From an uncultured Gemmatimonadota bacterium (GTDB taxonomy: Bacteria; SM23-81; DAOVCL01), in NCBI GenBank assembly GCA_964626665.1, contig CAZVGK010000004.1:64001-128000 (forward strand): 64,000 bases of DNA, written 5' to 3'. Made by a program: the position numbers and the translations under genes. The notes under the pieces are model-generated. The model did not search any database and was not told the origin of the DNA. It was given only the letters and a program-made list of their open reading frames with translations. This document shows, piece by piece, positions 20,518-30,949 of the stretch (positions are counted from its first letter, which is position 1; each line of letters opens with the position of its first letter).

Positions 20518-22197
20518 CTATTGTTTGGATGCGGCTCTGCCGCGCTGAGTCAGCATCGGTATCTTTATCCCCTTCTCCTTTGCGGTTTTGATGGCCTCCT
20601 CATAGCCGGCATCGGCGTGTCTCATCACTCCAGTTCCAGGATCATTAGTGAGCACCCTATTTAGCCTATCCTCTATCTCCTTGCTGCCATCGGCAACTAT
20701 GACCATCCCGGCGTGGAGGGAGTAGCCTATTCCCACCCCGCCACCGTGGTGAACGGAGACCCAGGAGGCACCAGAGACGGCATTGAGTAACCCATTGAGG
20801 ATGGGCCAATCGGCGATCACATCTGAGCCGTCCTTCATCCTCTCGGTCTCCCTATTGGGTGAGGCTACGGAGCCGCCGTCCAAGTGGTCCCTGCCGATCA
20901 CTATAGGTGCCTTCAGCTCCCCCTTGGCCACCATTCGGTTGATTATCTCTCCAAAGTGGGCCCTCTCCCCGTATCCCAACCAACAGATGCGCGAGGGAAG
21001 CCCCTGAAACGGCACCTTCTTCTGGGCTTTGTTTATCCATTTTATCAGGGATTCATCCTCCGGGAACTCCCTTTTTACTACCTCATCGGTCTTGTAGATG
21101 TCCTCCGCTTCCCCGGAGAGGGCCGCCCAGCGGAAGGGCCCTTTCCCCTGGGCTAAGAGAGGCCTGATATAGGCGGGGACAAAGCCGGGAAAATCAAAAG
21201 CATCAGCGATCCCTGCCTTGTATGCTTGACCTCTTAGGTTGTTTCCATAGTCGAAGACCACTGCCCCCTTGTGCATAAAGTCGAGCATTGTGCGCACATG
21301 TTTGGCTATGGAGTCCATTGACCTCTTGATGTACTCCTGGGGATTATCCGCCCTTAGCCTGAGGGCTTCTTCATAAGGAAGCCCCGCGGGAACATAACCG
21401 TTTAATTCATCATGGGCGCTGGTCTGATCGGTGAGCAGATCTGGAATCACCCCGCGGCTGTAGATCTCCGGCAGCACTTCAGCACAGTTTCCTACCAAGC
21501 CAACAGATAAGGGTTGGCGGTTTTTCTTGGCCCCTAAGACCAGCTCCAGGGCCTCATCTAAATCCTCAGTGAATCTATCGCAGTACCCGTTTTCCACCCT
21601 TCTCTCTATCCTCTTGCGGTCCACCTCTATCCCTAAGAAGGTAGCCCCATTCATCGTGGCAGCCAAAGGCTGTGCTCCCCCCATTCCCCCCAATCCCCCG
21701 CTGAGGAGGAGCCTCCCCCGGAGGTCTCCCCCAAAATGCTTTTTGGCTGCTGCGGCAAAGGTTTCGTAGGTGCCCTGGAGTATGCCCTGGGTGCCGATGT
21801 AAATCCAACTGCCGGCGGTCATCTGGCCATACATTGTCAGGCCCAACCTCTCCAATTCCCGAAACTTCTCCCAGTTGGCCCAGTGGGGGACGATGAGGGA
21901 ATTAGCAATCAGGACCCTAGGGGCATACTCGTGGGTGCGGAATATCCCCACCGGCTTGCCGGATTGAACAAGAAGGGTCTCATCGTTCTCCAGTTCCTTT
22001 AAGCTTCTTACGATGGCATGATAACTCTCCCAGTTGCGGGCCGCCTTCCCCGATCCCCCATAAATAATTAGCTCCTCGGGTTTCTCGGCCACCTCTGGAT
22101 CCAGGTTGTTCATCAGCATCCGGAGAGCTGCCTCCTGATGCCAGCTCTTGCAGCTCAGGGTTGTGCCCCGCGGGGCCCTGACAGGTTCGTAGCCCAT
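20518..22197 (-). CDS. hutU: Urocanate hydratase
   Basis: [50 protein letters not shown]. Confidence 0.98.
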   Translation of the reverse strand: MGYEPVRAPRGTTLSCKSWHQEAALRMLMNNLDPEVAEKPEELIIYGGSGKAARNWESYHAIVRSLKELENDETLLVQSGKPVGIFRTHEYAPRVLIANSLIVPHWANWEKFRELERLGLTMYGQMTAGSWIYIGTQGILQGTYETFAAAAKKHFGGDLRGRLLLSGGLGGMGGAQPLAATMNGATFLGIEVDRKRIERRVENGYCDRFTEDLDEALELVLGAKKNRQPLSVGLVGNCAEVLPEIYSRGVIPDLLTDQTSAHDELNGYVPAGLPYEEALRLRADNPQEYIKRSMDSIAKHVRTMLDFMHKGAVVFDYGNNLRGQAYKAGIADAFDFPGFVPAYIRPLLAQGKGPFRWAALSGEAEDIYKTDEVVKREFPEDESLIKWINKAQKKVPFQGLPSRICWLGYGERAHFGEIINRMVAKGELKAPIVIGRDHLDGGSVASPNRETERMKDGSDVIADWPILNGLLNAVSGASWVSVHHGGGVGIGYSLHAGMVIVADGSKEIEDRLNRVLTNDPGTGVMRHADAGYEEAIKTAKEKGIKIPMLTQRGRAASKQ

Positions 22198-22238
22198 TTT
22201 TTGCCTCCTTTGATTATGACAGTTACCGGCGGTCAAGG

Positions 22239-22335
22239 ATCAGCAGTCAGCAATCAGTAGTCAGCGGTCAGCTCAAAAGCAGTTGTCGGTTATCGGTCAT
22301 CAGTTGTCAGGTGTTTTTCTGATCCCTGGAAACTA
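22239..22335. repeat. Degenerate heptamer tandem tract
   Basis: ATCAGCA GTCAGCA ATCAGTA GTCAGCG GTCAGCT ... GTCGGTT ATCGGTC ATCAGTT GTCAGGT between hutH and hutU. Confidence 0.8.
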
Positions 22336-22341
22336 TTACTT

Positions 22342-23871
22342 TCAGTTTAATCTACCGATCTTCTCCTCCACCCTTCTGATGATTTTCCCTTCATCAATAA
22401 GTTTTTTCACCTTTTCTATATCCTCGGCCAGGATCCTGTCCTGGTTTAGTTTGGGGACTACGGTGCGGATGACCCTCCAGGCTTCCTCGGTTCCCCTCCC
22501 AGGTTTGAGAGGAACTCTGAAATCAATCCCCTGGGCGGAGGCCAATAGCTCGATGGCTAAGATGTTCTCCACATTATTCACAATCTCCCTGGCCTTCCTG
22601 GCGGCAATAGACCCCATACTCACATGATCCTCCTGATTGGCTGAGGTGGGGACAGAGTCGACCGAGGCCGGATGGGCCAGGATCTTATTCTCCGAGACCA
22701 GGGAGGCAGCAGTGACCTGGGCGATCATAAATCCGGAGTTGAGCCCGCTTTCCGAGGAGAGAAAAGGCGGAAGTCCACTCTGGGTTTCGTTCATAAGAAG
22801 GGCTATTCTCCTCTCCGCTATGTTTCCCAGTGCAGAAACCGCAATTCCCATCAGGTCCAGGAAAAGGGATACCGGCTGGCCATGAAAATTCCCTCCGGAG
22901 ATGACCTTTCTCTCCTGGGGAAAGATTAGGGGATTATCGGTGGCGGAGTTTATCTCTACCGTTAGAACTGACTTCACTGATCTGAGGGCATCTCTGGTGG
23001 CCCCGTGGACCTGCGGCATACAGCGGAGACTATAGGGGTCCTGGACATTTTCACAATTCTTATGGGACTCTACAATCTGGCTTCCCTCTACCAGCCGCCG
23101 CAGGTTATCAGCGGATTCCTTCTGTCCCTTGTGGCCTCTTACCCTTTGGAAGCCCTCGTCAAAGGCGGCCGGGGTAGCCAAGACACCCTCCAAGGTCATC
23201 GCCCCGGCAATATCGGCTAACTTACAGAATCTGATTGCCTTGAGAAGGCTGAGGGTTCCTATGGAACTCATAAACTGGGTGCCGTTTATCAAGGCCAACC
23301 CCTCCTTGGCCTGCAAGTTGAGTATTTCTATCCCCACCCTGGCCATTGCCTCCTTCCCCTCCAGTATCTTTCCCTTATACTCCGCCTGGCCCAGGCCGAT
23401 GAGCACCAGGCCAATGTGGGCCAAGGGAGCCAGGTCGCCAGATGCCCCCACCGAGCCCTTCTCCGGCACCAAGGGGTGAACCCCCAGATTGAGCATTTTT
23501 ACAAGGGTTTGAATCAGCTCCAACCTCACCCCTGAGTGGCCCTTGCTTAAAAGGTTGACCCTTAAAAGCATTATCCCTCTGACCTCCGGGATGCTTAGAG
23601 GCCTCCCCACGCCGGCTGAGTGACTTTTGATCAGGTTCTTCTGAAGCCTACTTAGCTGATCCCTATCTATCCTCACCCGACAGAGTTTTCCAAAGCCGGT
23701 GTTTATCCCGTATACTGTCTCCTCCCTTTCCACGATTCCCTCTACAAACTTCCGGCAGAGGTTTACCTTTGATTCAACCTGGGGAGACAGTTCAACCCTG
23801 GCCCCTTTGAGGGCTGCCTCTTCCACCTCCTGTAAGGTGAGGTTCTCCCCATCTATGTACACTGTTCCCAT
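22342..23871 (-). CDS. hutH: Histidine ammonia-lyase
   Basis: YGINTGFG, MIO motif GSVGASGDLAPL, QDPYSLRC.PQVHG, NQEDHVSMG. Confidence 0.98.
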   Translation of the reverse strand: MGTVYIDGENLTLQEVEEAALKGARVELSPQVESKVNLCRKFVEGIVEREETVYGINTGFGKLCRVRIDRDQLSRLQKNLIKSHSAGVGRPLSIPEVRGIMLLRVNLLSKGHSGVRLELIQTLVKMLNLGVHPLVPEKGSVGASGDLAPLAHIGLVLIGLGQAEYKGKILEGKEAMARVGIEILNLQAKEGLALINGTQFMSSIGTLSLLKAIRFCKLADIAGAMTLEGVLATPAAFDEGFQRVRGHKGQKESADNLRRLVEGSQIVESHKNCENVQDPYSLRCMPQVHGATRDALRSVKSVLTVEINSATDNPLIFPQERKVISGGNFHGQPVSLFLDLMGIAVSALGNIAERRIALLMNETQSGLPPFLSSESGLNSGFMIAQVTAASLVSENKILAHPASVDSVPTSANQEDHVSMGSIAARKAREIVNNVENILAIELLASAQGIDFRVPLKPGRGTEEAWRVIRTVVPKLNQDRILAEDIEKVKKLIDEGKIIRRVEEKIGRLN

Positions 23872-23940
23872 AGCAAATTTAAATTAGATGCCCCAGTGTA
23901 GATTGTCAAGGCCTATTTGCCTCTGGATAAAACAAATTGC

Positions 23941-23969
23941 TTGACAAACAGGGGGGGATTACTTATCCT
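23941..23969 (+). promoter_or_regulatory. Putative sigma70 promoter (divergent from hut)
   Basis: TTGACA-N17-TATCCT; an opposing TTGACA near 23904-23909 could serve hutH. Confidence 0.5.
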
Positions 23970-24033
23970 TTTTTAGTTAGCTGTTTTAGTTTCCCCCTTA
24001 TTTGGAAGAGGCGGTTTTTGGGGGGGTGCTGAT

Positions 24034-24933
24034 ATGCTCAGCGGGTTCAAGGTTGCTGTCCTGGGCACCATAAACCGGGATACGGTCTTCACCTCTCAGG
24101 GAGAGAAGTGGGAAGGGTTTGGGGGAATACTCTATAACCTCCTTGGCCTCTCCTTCTGGGGAGGAGAGGAGATCACCCTGTATCCGATCTGTAACTTGGG
24201 AGAAGATTGTTATAGGGAGGTTATGGGGATTATTTCCCAATTTGAGAATATAAGCCCGGATGGTATAAGGAAGAGGAAGGAAAGGAACAACCATGCCACC
24301 ATCAGATATAAGCCGTCTGGAAAGAGGGAAGAGGCCTTAGAGGGGAGGCTGCCTCCGTTGGGATATGAGGAAGTGAGACCATTTTTAGGGGTAGACCTCC
24401 TCTTAGTGAACTTCATATCCGGTTTTGATCTCGAGCTTTCTGCCCTGAGAATGATCCGCAGGGAATTTGCGGGGGCAATATATATGGATTTGCACAGCCT
24501 TACCTTAGGAGTTGATCCTCTGGGGAGAAGGTATCTCCGGCCCATCCCCCAAGGGGAGAAGTGGATCGCTCAGGCAGATATCCTCCAGGTCAACAAGGAG
24601 GAAGCCGAGCTTCTCTGGGGAAGCCCTCTAAAAGGAACCAAGGAGTTCTCCAGATTTGGGAAGAGGATGCTATTCTTAGGGCCCTTTTGTCTGCTTGTCA
24701 CCCTTGGCCCCCAGGGAACATTCCTTCTGGAAAGCAGTGGCACCACTCATTTCCCCTCACCCAGCGGGGCTCTATTTGGTAACCCCACCGGTTGTGGGGA
24801 CCTCTTTGCTTCCGGCTTTATCTGGGAATACCTGAAGAGCGAAGATACCCACGAAGCTTGCCGGAGTGGAAACCGGTTAGCTGCAAGGGAAGAGCTAATC
24901 AGCCAGTTTAGGGTAAGAATGAGGAGGGGCTAA
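24034..24933 (+). CDS. PfkB-family carbohydrate kinase
   Basis: 'FGGILYN', 'QVNKEEA', 'VTLGPQG', 'PTGCGDLFASGF'. Confidence 0.88.
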   Translation: MLSGFKVAVLGTINRDTVFTSQGEKWEGFGGILYNLLGLSFWGGEEITLYPICNLGEDCYREVMGIISQFENISPDGIRKRKERNNHATIRYKPSGKREEALEGRLPPLGYEEVRPFLGVDLLLVNFISGFDLELSALRMIRREFAGAIYMDLHSLTLGVDPLGRRYLRPIPQGEKWIAQADILQVNKEEAELLWGSPLKGTKEFSRFGKRMLFLGPFCLLVTLGPQGTFLLESSGTTHFPSPSGALFGNPTGCGDLFASGFIWEYLKSEDTHEACRSGNRLAAREELISQFRVRMRRG

Positions 24934-25062
24934 AGATCTGAAAATCTTATCGGATTTCACAAAACTAAAGAAGTGTAGAGAGATGAATTCGGATGAATCC
25001 GTCCCCTACAAAAGTTCATCTCTTTTGTGATAGTTGGTAGAATTTTAAAGATGGAGGTGTTT

Positions 25063-26499
25063 TTGAAGGATTTTATGAAAGATTCCATCAAGGGGTTAAA
25101 GAGGAAAGGGGTTGACTACGCCGATTTGAGAAGGGTGGAGAGCCAATCCCAGAAGATAGGGGTAAAGAATGGGGAGGTGGAGGGTATAACTTCAAGCCAA
25201 AACGCTGGTTTTGGCATTAGGGTGCTGAAGGATGGAAGTTGGGGGTTCTCCTCCTCAGCGGTGATCTCAGAGGAGGAAATAGAGAGGGTAGCCTCTGAGG
25301 CCCTGCGGATAGCCGCGGCCAGCGCCTCTGTAAACAAGGAGAAGTCTCAGCTAAGCGAGGAGAAGCCCTGGGTGGATACTTACCAAAGCAGTTGCTTGGA
25401 GGATCCCTTTGAGGTTCCCTTAGAGGAGAAGACAGAGCTTCTGCTGCAGGCAGTGGAGGCGATGAGGGGGAAGAAGATAAAGGTGGCTGAGGGTATACTG
25501 CTCTTTGACCGAGAGCAGAAGCTCTTTTTGAATACAGAGGGGGCAGAAACCGAGCAGGTGATCACTCAGAGTGGAGGGGGGATTGTGGCCACCGCCTTCG
25601 ATGGCCAACAGGTGCAGAGGAGGAGCTACCCTAATTCTGGGGGGGATTTTGCCACTAAGGGCTATGAGTTTGTGAGGGGTTTGCAGCTTGTGGAGAACGC
25701 GGAAAGGGTAAAAGAGGAGGCCATAGCCCTGCTTTCTGCCCCAGAATACCCTGGAGGGGAAACTGATATCATTATCGGTGGTTCCCAGTTGGCCCTCCAG
25801 GTGCACGAATCCTGTGGCCATCCCACTGAGCTGGACCGGGTTTTAGGCACAGAGATAAGCTATGCTGGGGGAAGCTTCCTCAGCCTGGATAAGCTGCACA
25901 AGTTCCAGTATGGCTCCCCCCTGGTAAACATCACCGCAGATGCCACCTTAGAGGGAGGGTTGGGGACGTTTGGCTATGATGATGAGGGGGTGAAGGCTCA
26001 AAGGAGCTTCCTGATTAGGAATGGCCTCTTTGTCGGCTACCTAACCTCCCGGGAGACAGCGCTTATCTTGGGCCAGAGGTCCAATGGGGCGATGAGGGCG
26101 GATGGATGGAACAGGATCCCCTTGATCAGAATGACGAACATCAACTTAGAGCCTGGGGAGTGGAGCTTGGAGGATCTCATTGCCGACACCAAGGAGGGGA
26201 TTTACTTAGATACCAACAAGAGCTGGAGTATAGATGATCAGAGGCTAAACTTTCAATTTGGGACGGAGATCGGCTGGGAGATAAAGAGGGGCAAAAAGGT
26301 GAGAATATTGAAGAATCCAGTATATACTGGGATTACTCCTCAGTTTTGGAGAAGCTGTGATGCCATCTGTAACCGAGAATTCTGGCACATCTGGGGTGTC
26401 CCCAACTGTGGAAAGGGGGAGCCCAGCCAGATTATGCGGGTTGCCCATGGAACATCCCCTGCCAGGTTCAAAAAGGTGAAAGTGGGGGGGCAGAGATGA
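25063..26499 (+). CDS. tldD: TldD metalloprotease
   Basis: HESCGH zinc motif, GYDDEG, RMTN, CGKG; start placed at the TTG after GGAGGT (uncertain). Confidence 0.93.
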   Translation: MKDFMKDSIKGLKRKGVDYADLRRVESQSQKIGVKNGEVEGITSSQNAGFGIRVLKDGSWGFSSSAVISEEEIERVASEALRIAAASASVNKEKSQLSEEKPWVDTYQSSCLEDPFEVPLEEKTELLLQAVEAMRGKKIKVAEGILLFDREQKLFLNTEGAETEQVITQSGGGIVATAFDGQQVQRRSYPNSGGDFATKGYEFVRGLQLVENAERVKEEAIALLSAPEYPGGETDIIIGGSQLALQVHESCGHPTELDRVLGTEISYAGGSFLSLDKLHKFQYGSPLVNITADATLEGGLGTFGYDDEGVKAQRSFLIRNGLFVGYLTSRETALILGQRSNGAMRADGWNRIPLIRMTNINLEPGEWSLEDLIADTKEGIYLDTNKSWSIDDQRLNFQFGTEIGWEIKRGKKVRILKNPVYTGITPQFWRSCDAICNREFWHIWGVPNCGKGEPSQIMRVAHGTSPARFKKVKVGGQR

Positions 26500-27848
26500 T
26501 TGAGAGAGAGAGGGTCTTTGAGATTCTACAAGGGGTTTTGACCACCTCAGGGGCTGATCAGACCGAGGCCATCTTTATTGGAAACCAGAAGGGGCTAACC
26601 AGGTTTGCCAACAACTCCATCCATCAAAATGTTGCCGAAAGGGACACCAGCGTCATTTTTAGGGTGGCCTTGGGCAAAAGGGTGGGGGTGGCCACAGCCA
26701 ACTCCCTAAATAAGGGGAGGTTGATAGACACATTGAAGGAAGCGGTGAAGATAGCTAAGCACCAGGTGGAGAACCCGCATTTTTCCTCCCTTCCCTCTGC
26801 CCAGGAGTATAAGAGGCTAGAAACCTTCTTTGAAGAGACGGCAGATTTCACCCCCGAGGAGAGGGCGGAGAGGGTGGGGAGAATCATCAAAATGGTGGAG
26901 GATAAGGGCTTGCAGGTGGCCGGGGCCCTTTCCACAAGCAGCGGGGAGATAGCTGTTCTGAACAGCTTTGGGGTGGCAGCCTATCAACCCCTCAGTGCAG
27001 CAACTTTGCGAATAGTGGTTAGCTCCGCGGACAGCTCTGGCTATGCTGATTCCCTCTGCCGAGATATAGGAGAGCTTGATGTTGATGAGCGGACAGAGGT
27101 GGCCATAAAAAGGTGTCTGGAGAGCAAGGGCCCACGGGACCTAAAGCCAGGGAGATACGATGTTCTCTTGGAGCCCCCCGCCGTAGGGGAGCTTATCGAG
27201 TGGATGAGTATGATCGGTTTTGGGGCCAAGAGCCTTCAGGAGGAGACGAGCTTCCTCAGCGACAGGTTAGGGGAAAGGATAGTCTCTGAGAAGGTGACCA
27301 TCTACGATGATGGCAATGATCCCTCAGGGATAGCTATGCCCTTTGACTTTGAGGGTATTCCCAAGCAGAGGGTTTACTTCATTGATAAGGGTGTTGCTCA
27401 GGGGGTGGTCTACGATTCGGAAACCGCCAACCGGGAGGGAAAAACCTCCACGGGCCACGCCCTCCCACCCACATCCCATTCCGGCCCAATGCCGCTGAAT
27501 GTCTTTTTCGCGCCGGGAGATGAGGGGGAAGAGGAGATGCTCAACTCTATGAGGAGGGGGATTTTGGTCACCCGCTTTCATTATGTCAACGGTTTGCTGA
27601 ACACCAGGGAGGCCCTTTTCACCGGTATGACCAGGGATGGGACATTCTTCGTAGAGGATGGGAAGGTCAAATATCCCATAGAAAACTTAAGGTTCACCGA
27701 GAGTATGCTGAAGGCCCTCTCCAATGTGGAGATGGTTTCCAGGGAGAGAAAAGCCATCAACGCCTGGTGGGAAGCAGTGGGGGCAGCAGTTGTTCCCTCC
27801 CTTTTGATCAAGGATTTTAACTTCTCCGGAAAGACCTCCGGACAATAG
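26496..27848 (+). CDS. pmbA: TldE/PmbA-family protein
   Basis: TRFANNSIHQN, PFDFEG, STGHA, TGMTRDG; no HExxH; overlaps the tldD stop. Confidence 0.88.
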   Translation: MIERERVFEILQGVLTTSGADQTEAIFIGNQKGLTRFANNSIHQNVAERDTSVIFRVALGKRVGVATANSLNKGRLIDTLKEAVKIAKHQVENPHFSSLPSAQEYKRLETFFEETADFTPEERAERVGRIIKMVEDKGLQVAGALSTSSGEIAVLNSFGVAAYQPLSAATLRIVVSSADSSGYADSLCRDIGELDVDERTEVAIKRCLESKGPRDLKPGRYDVLLEPPAVGELIEWMSMIGFGAKSLQEETSFLSDRLGERIVSEKVTIYDDGNDPSGIAMPFDFEGIPKQRVYFIDKGVAQGVVYDSETANREGKTSTGHALPPTSHSGPMPLNVFFAPGDEGEEEMLNSMRRGILVTRFHYVNGLLNTREALFTGMTRDGTFFVEDGKVKYPIENLRFTESMLKALSNVEMVSRERKAINAWWEAVGAAVVPSLLIKDFNFSGKTSGQ

Positions 27849-27858
27849 GTTTGATCGC

Positions 27859-28177
27859 TAGCGAAGCTTCGCCTTCCCGGCCCGGGACGGGCAAACCGAC
27901 GAGGTTTGGCAGTATAAACTGGGCGAAGCTTCGAATGTAAAATTCACCCCGTTAAATATTTGCTTATTTTACAAGGTTGCATCCTTCTTCTCATAACTCC
28001 GTTTCCGCTTCTCTAATTTTTGGTGAAACTTGCTATTTAACGGGGTGAAGAATGTAGAATTAAGAATGAGAAAACCTGCAGCCAAGGGGCCTGGGGCTAA
28101 GCTTATTGTCCACTTCTTTCTTTCTGCCCTCAAAACTTGACATAAATTTTAAGATCTTGCCTTATGAAGGAGGTTAG
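27859..28177. repeat. Dispersed non-coding element, copy 1 (carries a 107-bp MITE-like insert)
   Basis: Aligns by eye with 58400-58780 from TAGCGAAGCTTCGCC to TTGCCTTATGAAGGAGG. Confidence 0.85.
27943..28049. mobile_element. MITE-like element with 16-bp terminal inverted repeats
   Basis: TTCACCCCGTTAAATA ... TATTTAACGGGGTGAA; absent from the paralogous site at ~58480. Confidence 0.75.
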
Positions 28178-28634
28178 AGCCCATCAGTTAAACCTGAGCA
28201 TTTTCCGGCTCCTCTGGCTCAGCGTTTTGCCCCTTCTCCTTTTTTTTGGCTGCAGCAAAAGGGAGAGGGAACCACAGACTTCTCAGGGGATGACCACAAT
28301 TACGGTTGCCGGCCATCCCCTCAAGGTAACCGTCTGTCAGACCCCGCAGTCCCGCCAAAGGGGACTGATGTTTAGGAAGAGCCTTCCATCAGATGAAGGG
28401 ATGCTCTTTGTTTTTCCCCAGGAGGGCTATTACCCCTTCTGGATGAAGAACACCTATATCCCTTTAAGTATTGCCTTTATCAGCCGAGAGGGAAGGATAA
28501 TTCAAATCGATGAGATGGAGCCGCTGAACATCACGCCTCATACTCCTTTGGGCCACATTCTCTATGCTCTGGAGACAAATAAGGGCTGGTTTAAGAACAA
28601 GGGGATAAAGGTAGGGGATGAGGTAAGGTTTTAA
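28164..28634 (+). CDS. DUF192-family lipoprotein
   Basis: Lipobox FFGC; 'RQRGLMFR..L..DEGMLFVF.....FWMKNT.IPLSIAFI'; start uncertain. Confidence 0.88.
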   Translation: MKEVRAHQLNLSIFRLLWLSVLPLLLFFGCSKREREPQTSQGMTTITVAGHPLKVTVCQTPQSRQRGLMFRKSLPSDEGMLFVFPQEGYYPFWMKNTYIPLSIAFISREGRIIQIDEMEPLNITPHTPLGHILYALETNKGWFKNKGIKVGDEVRF

Positions 28635-28775
28635 GCAATTAGCCTTGGGAAATGAGGAAAAAACACCAATGACACCGAGACATCAAAAAGCAGTAAAGCA
28701 CTCTCCCTTAGGTGAGAAATCTCCTATTGCCCGAATGGATGTTCTTGTTTCCATAAATCTTGCACCCAGGAGGGG

Positions 28776-29633
28776 TTATATATACCCCCTCTGCAGGGTC
28801 CGTTTGATCCTGATAAGTAGATTCCGCATCTGGGCATCTCCCCACTTCATCTCCTGGATGATATATACTCCCACCCCTCGCCTTCCCTCGACCAGGCCGA
28901 TATGGGTCAGATCCCCAATGATGTTCTTTTTCATTTGAGTAATTTCCTCCTGGGAAAGGGCTGGAACCTTGGGAGCTCGCTTGGGTTGGTTTTGACAGTT
29001 GATAACGAAGAGATGGGCCCACCGCAATGGCCTATATTCCTTGAGAAGGAGCCTATCTGCGTAGTTCTTCAAACTGAGGGGTTGGGCCAGTATCTTGGAG
29101 ACGTCAACCTTAGAGGCTATCAACTCCAATAGGGGCTCAGGTAACTGGGAAAAATCTATGGAAGGTTCCTCTAAATCCTTATCCTTCTTTCCCCGGGAGG
29201 CTCCGGTTAACAGGGGCAACAAACTTCCTCCGAACTGCTGGACAAAGGCTAAGGAGAGGCGATGGGCCAGTTCCTTCCGGGGGGGAAGTATATGCCCTTG
29301 CGGAGGGGGTGGGGAGAGGAATATGGTCAACGAACCAGAGAGCTCATATTTTAGGCTGTCATAATCGGAGGAGTTGGCCTCAATCACACTCAGCATGGGT
29401 TCATTATCCCTCCAGAAGAGATATTCCCTATGGCCTTCCTGCACCCTTTCCAGATCTTCTCCCTTTCGCAAGATTGTTGCTCCAGGAGGAGAGGAAAAGT
29501 TAGCTGAATTCTTGTCCCCCGGCAGCCAATGATAGAAGGAAGGGATAAAATAGGGCAACTTTTCCTCTATTGTCTCTATTAAAGCTGTCTTCCCCGATTT
29601 TCGCGGGCCAATAACAAAAATTTGGTTATCCAT
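28776..29633 (-). CDS. Hypothetical protein with an N-terminal Walker A motif
   Basis: IFVIGPRKSGKT; SD-like AGAGGT upstream; rest unrecognised. Confidence 0.55.
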   Translation of the reverse strand: MDNQIFVIGPRKSGKTALIETIEEKLPYFIPSFYHWLPGDKNSANFSSPPGATILRKGEDLERVQEGHREYLFWRDNEPMLSVIEANSSDYDSLKYELSGSLTIFLSPPPPQGHILPPRKELAHRLSLAFVQQFGGSLLPLLTGASRGKKDKDLEEPSIDFSQLPEPLLELIASKVDVSKILAQPLSLKNYADRLLLKEYRPLRWAHLFVINCQNQPKRAPKVPALSQEEITQMKKNIIGDLTHIGLVEGRRGVGVYIIQEMKWGDAQMRNLLIRIKRTLQRGYI

Positions 29634-29688
29634 TTTACCTCTTTACATGGAGTTCGTTAAAGAAAACCGTGGTATGGTTATTTTCTCC

Positions 29689-30159
29689 TCAATCCAGATA
29701 TGACTCTAAGACCTTCCAGGAGATCTTGCCGCCTGAAGAGACCCTAAATTCGAGGAGCATCCATCCCCCCCTGTGTCCATCCTCAAAATAGGCAAATACC
29801 CATTGTTTGCTTAAAACCCATATCATATCTGCGGAGTAGAATCCCATCCTTCCTCCGTTAACGCCTTTGTAAGGTATTAACTCAGGATGTTTTTGTAGAT
29901 CCGCGACAATCTCTTTCAATGGGTTTTTTAAGCCCTTCCTTTGGAATTTTTCTAAATCCCATCTGTTTAATCCCGGTCTTCTCTCCAGTAGCTTTTGGTG
30001 TTTATTCAGCGAAGACCTCAGATCTTCAATTTGGGTGAGCAGACTGGCCTTCTGTTTTGTGTGCTTAATTTGCAAGAGAAGGGTTAAACCCGCCAGGCCA
30101 ATGAAAAGGACAATCCAGAGGTAGCGGCCAAATATAGGGGTTTGTTTAAGGGTTTTCAT
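29689..30159 (-). CDS. Hypothetical membrane-anchored protein
   Basis: N-terminal TM helix, coiled coil, 'LIPYKGV.GG.MGFY...WVFAYFEDGH'; AAGGAG SD. Confidence 0.7.
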   Translation of the reverse strand: MKTLKQTPIFGRYLWIVLFIGLAGLTLLLQIKHTKQKASLLTQIEDLRSSLNKHQKLLERRPGLNRWDLEKFQRKGLKNPLKEIVADLQKHPELIPYKGVNGGRMGFYSADMIWVLSKQWVFAYFEDGHRGGWMLLEFRVSSGGKISWKVLESYLD

Positions 30160-30190
30160 ATTAGCTCCTTGCGGTATTGTTTGGTCAAAT

Positions 30191-30799
30191 TCATTTTTGC
30201 AGGTAAGCTATGCCACTTTTTATCAGCATTGCCATATAGCCAAATAGTATAAGTCCCAAAATTCTAATGAGATAAATAAAATATTTGCTTTTAAGCAAAC
30301 TTTTGCCTCTGTGAGTAACGAGAGCAACTGAGATTTTTGATCCGACTAAAAAGGCGTAGAATCCGAGCAGGAATAGACCACAATCCAAGGTGTTACCTCT
30401 AACCAAGAAGGATCCGCCGACGGAAAGCCAAAATATATATGGATGAGGATTAAGCGCATTTGTAATGACAGCTTTTTGAAGAGATCGGCCTCTATTGCTT
30501 TTTGTCTGAAGTTTGCTTAGATTTACTTTTAAATTCTCGTATCCAAGGTATCCGAGAAAAAGCCCTCCCGATATTGAGATAAGTGCTAAGGGAGTGTTTG
30601 AATTCTTCAGTTGATCAAAGACTAATAATGTGACCACAATTATGGGTAAGTCTGTAAGGAGGGGAGCAAGAGCTACTTTAATCCCGCTTTTTCTGCCCTG
30701 CTGCAGTGTTTCTGAGATGACTAATGTTAAAAGTGGCCCCGGTGACAACCCCGCCGTTAATCCAAGGAGAATCCCAGGCAATAAAAAATTAGCAATCAT
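30191..30799 (-). CDS. LysE-family translocator
   Basis: 'LSPGP', 'NALNPHPYIFW', about 6 TM helices. Confidence 0.88.
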   Translation of the reverse strand: MIANFLLPGILLGLTAGLSPGPLLTLVISETLQQGRKSGIKVALAPLLTDLPIIVVTLLVFDQLKNSNTPLALISISGGLFLGYLGYENLKVNLSKLQTKSNRGRSLQKAVITNALNPHPYIFWLSVGGSFLVRGNTLDCGLFLLGFYAFLVGSKISVALVTHRGKSLLKSKYFIYLIRILGLILFGYMAMLIKSGIAYLQK

Positions 30800-30949
30800 T
30801 TAACCACTTTAATTTCGGTTTTTGTAGTATGGCACCAAAAGTATTTGCAACTCTGTAAAAAAGGTTTTGCTGTATCCAAAGGCATAAAGAAAGTGATTTC
30901 CTCTACTTCCAACATTTCTGAAGGGGTTCATAGACCATTATAAAAATAT

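Noticed and set aside
27885-27932. GGGCAAACC as a c-di-GMP-I riboswitch
   Set aside because: It lacks the GAAA tetraloop, GACGCAAAGC and P3 receptor. Kept only as an unknown repeated element.
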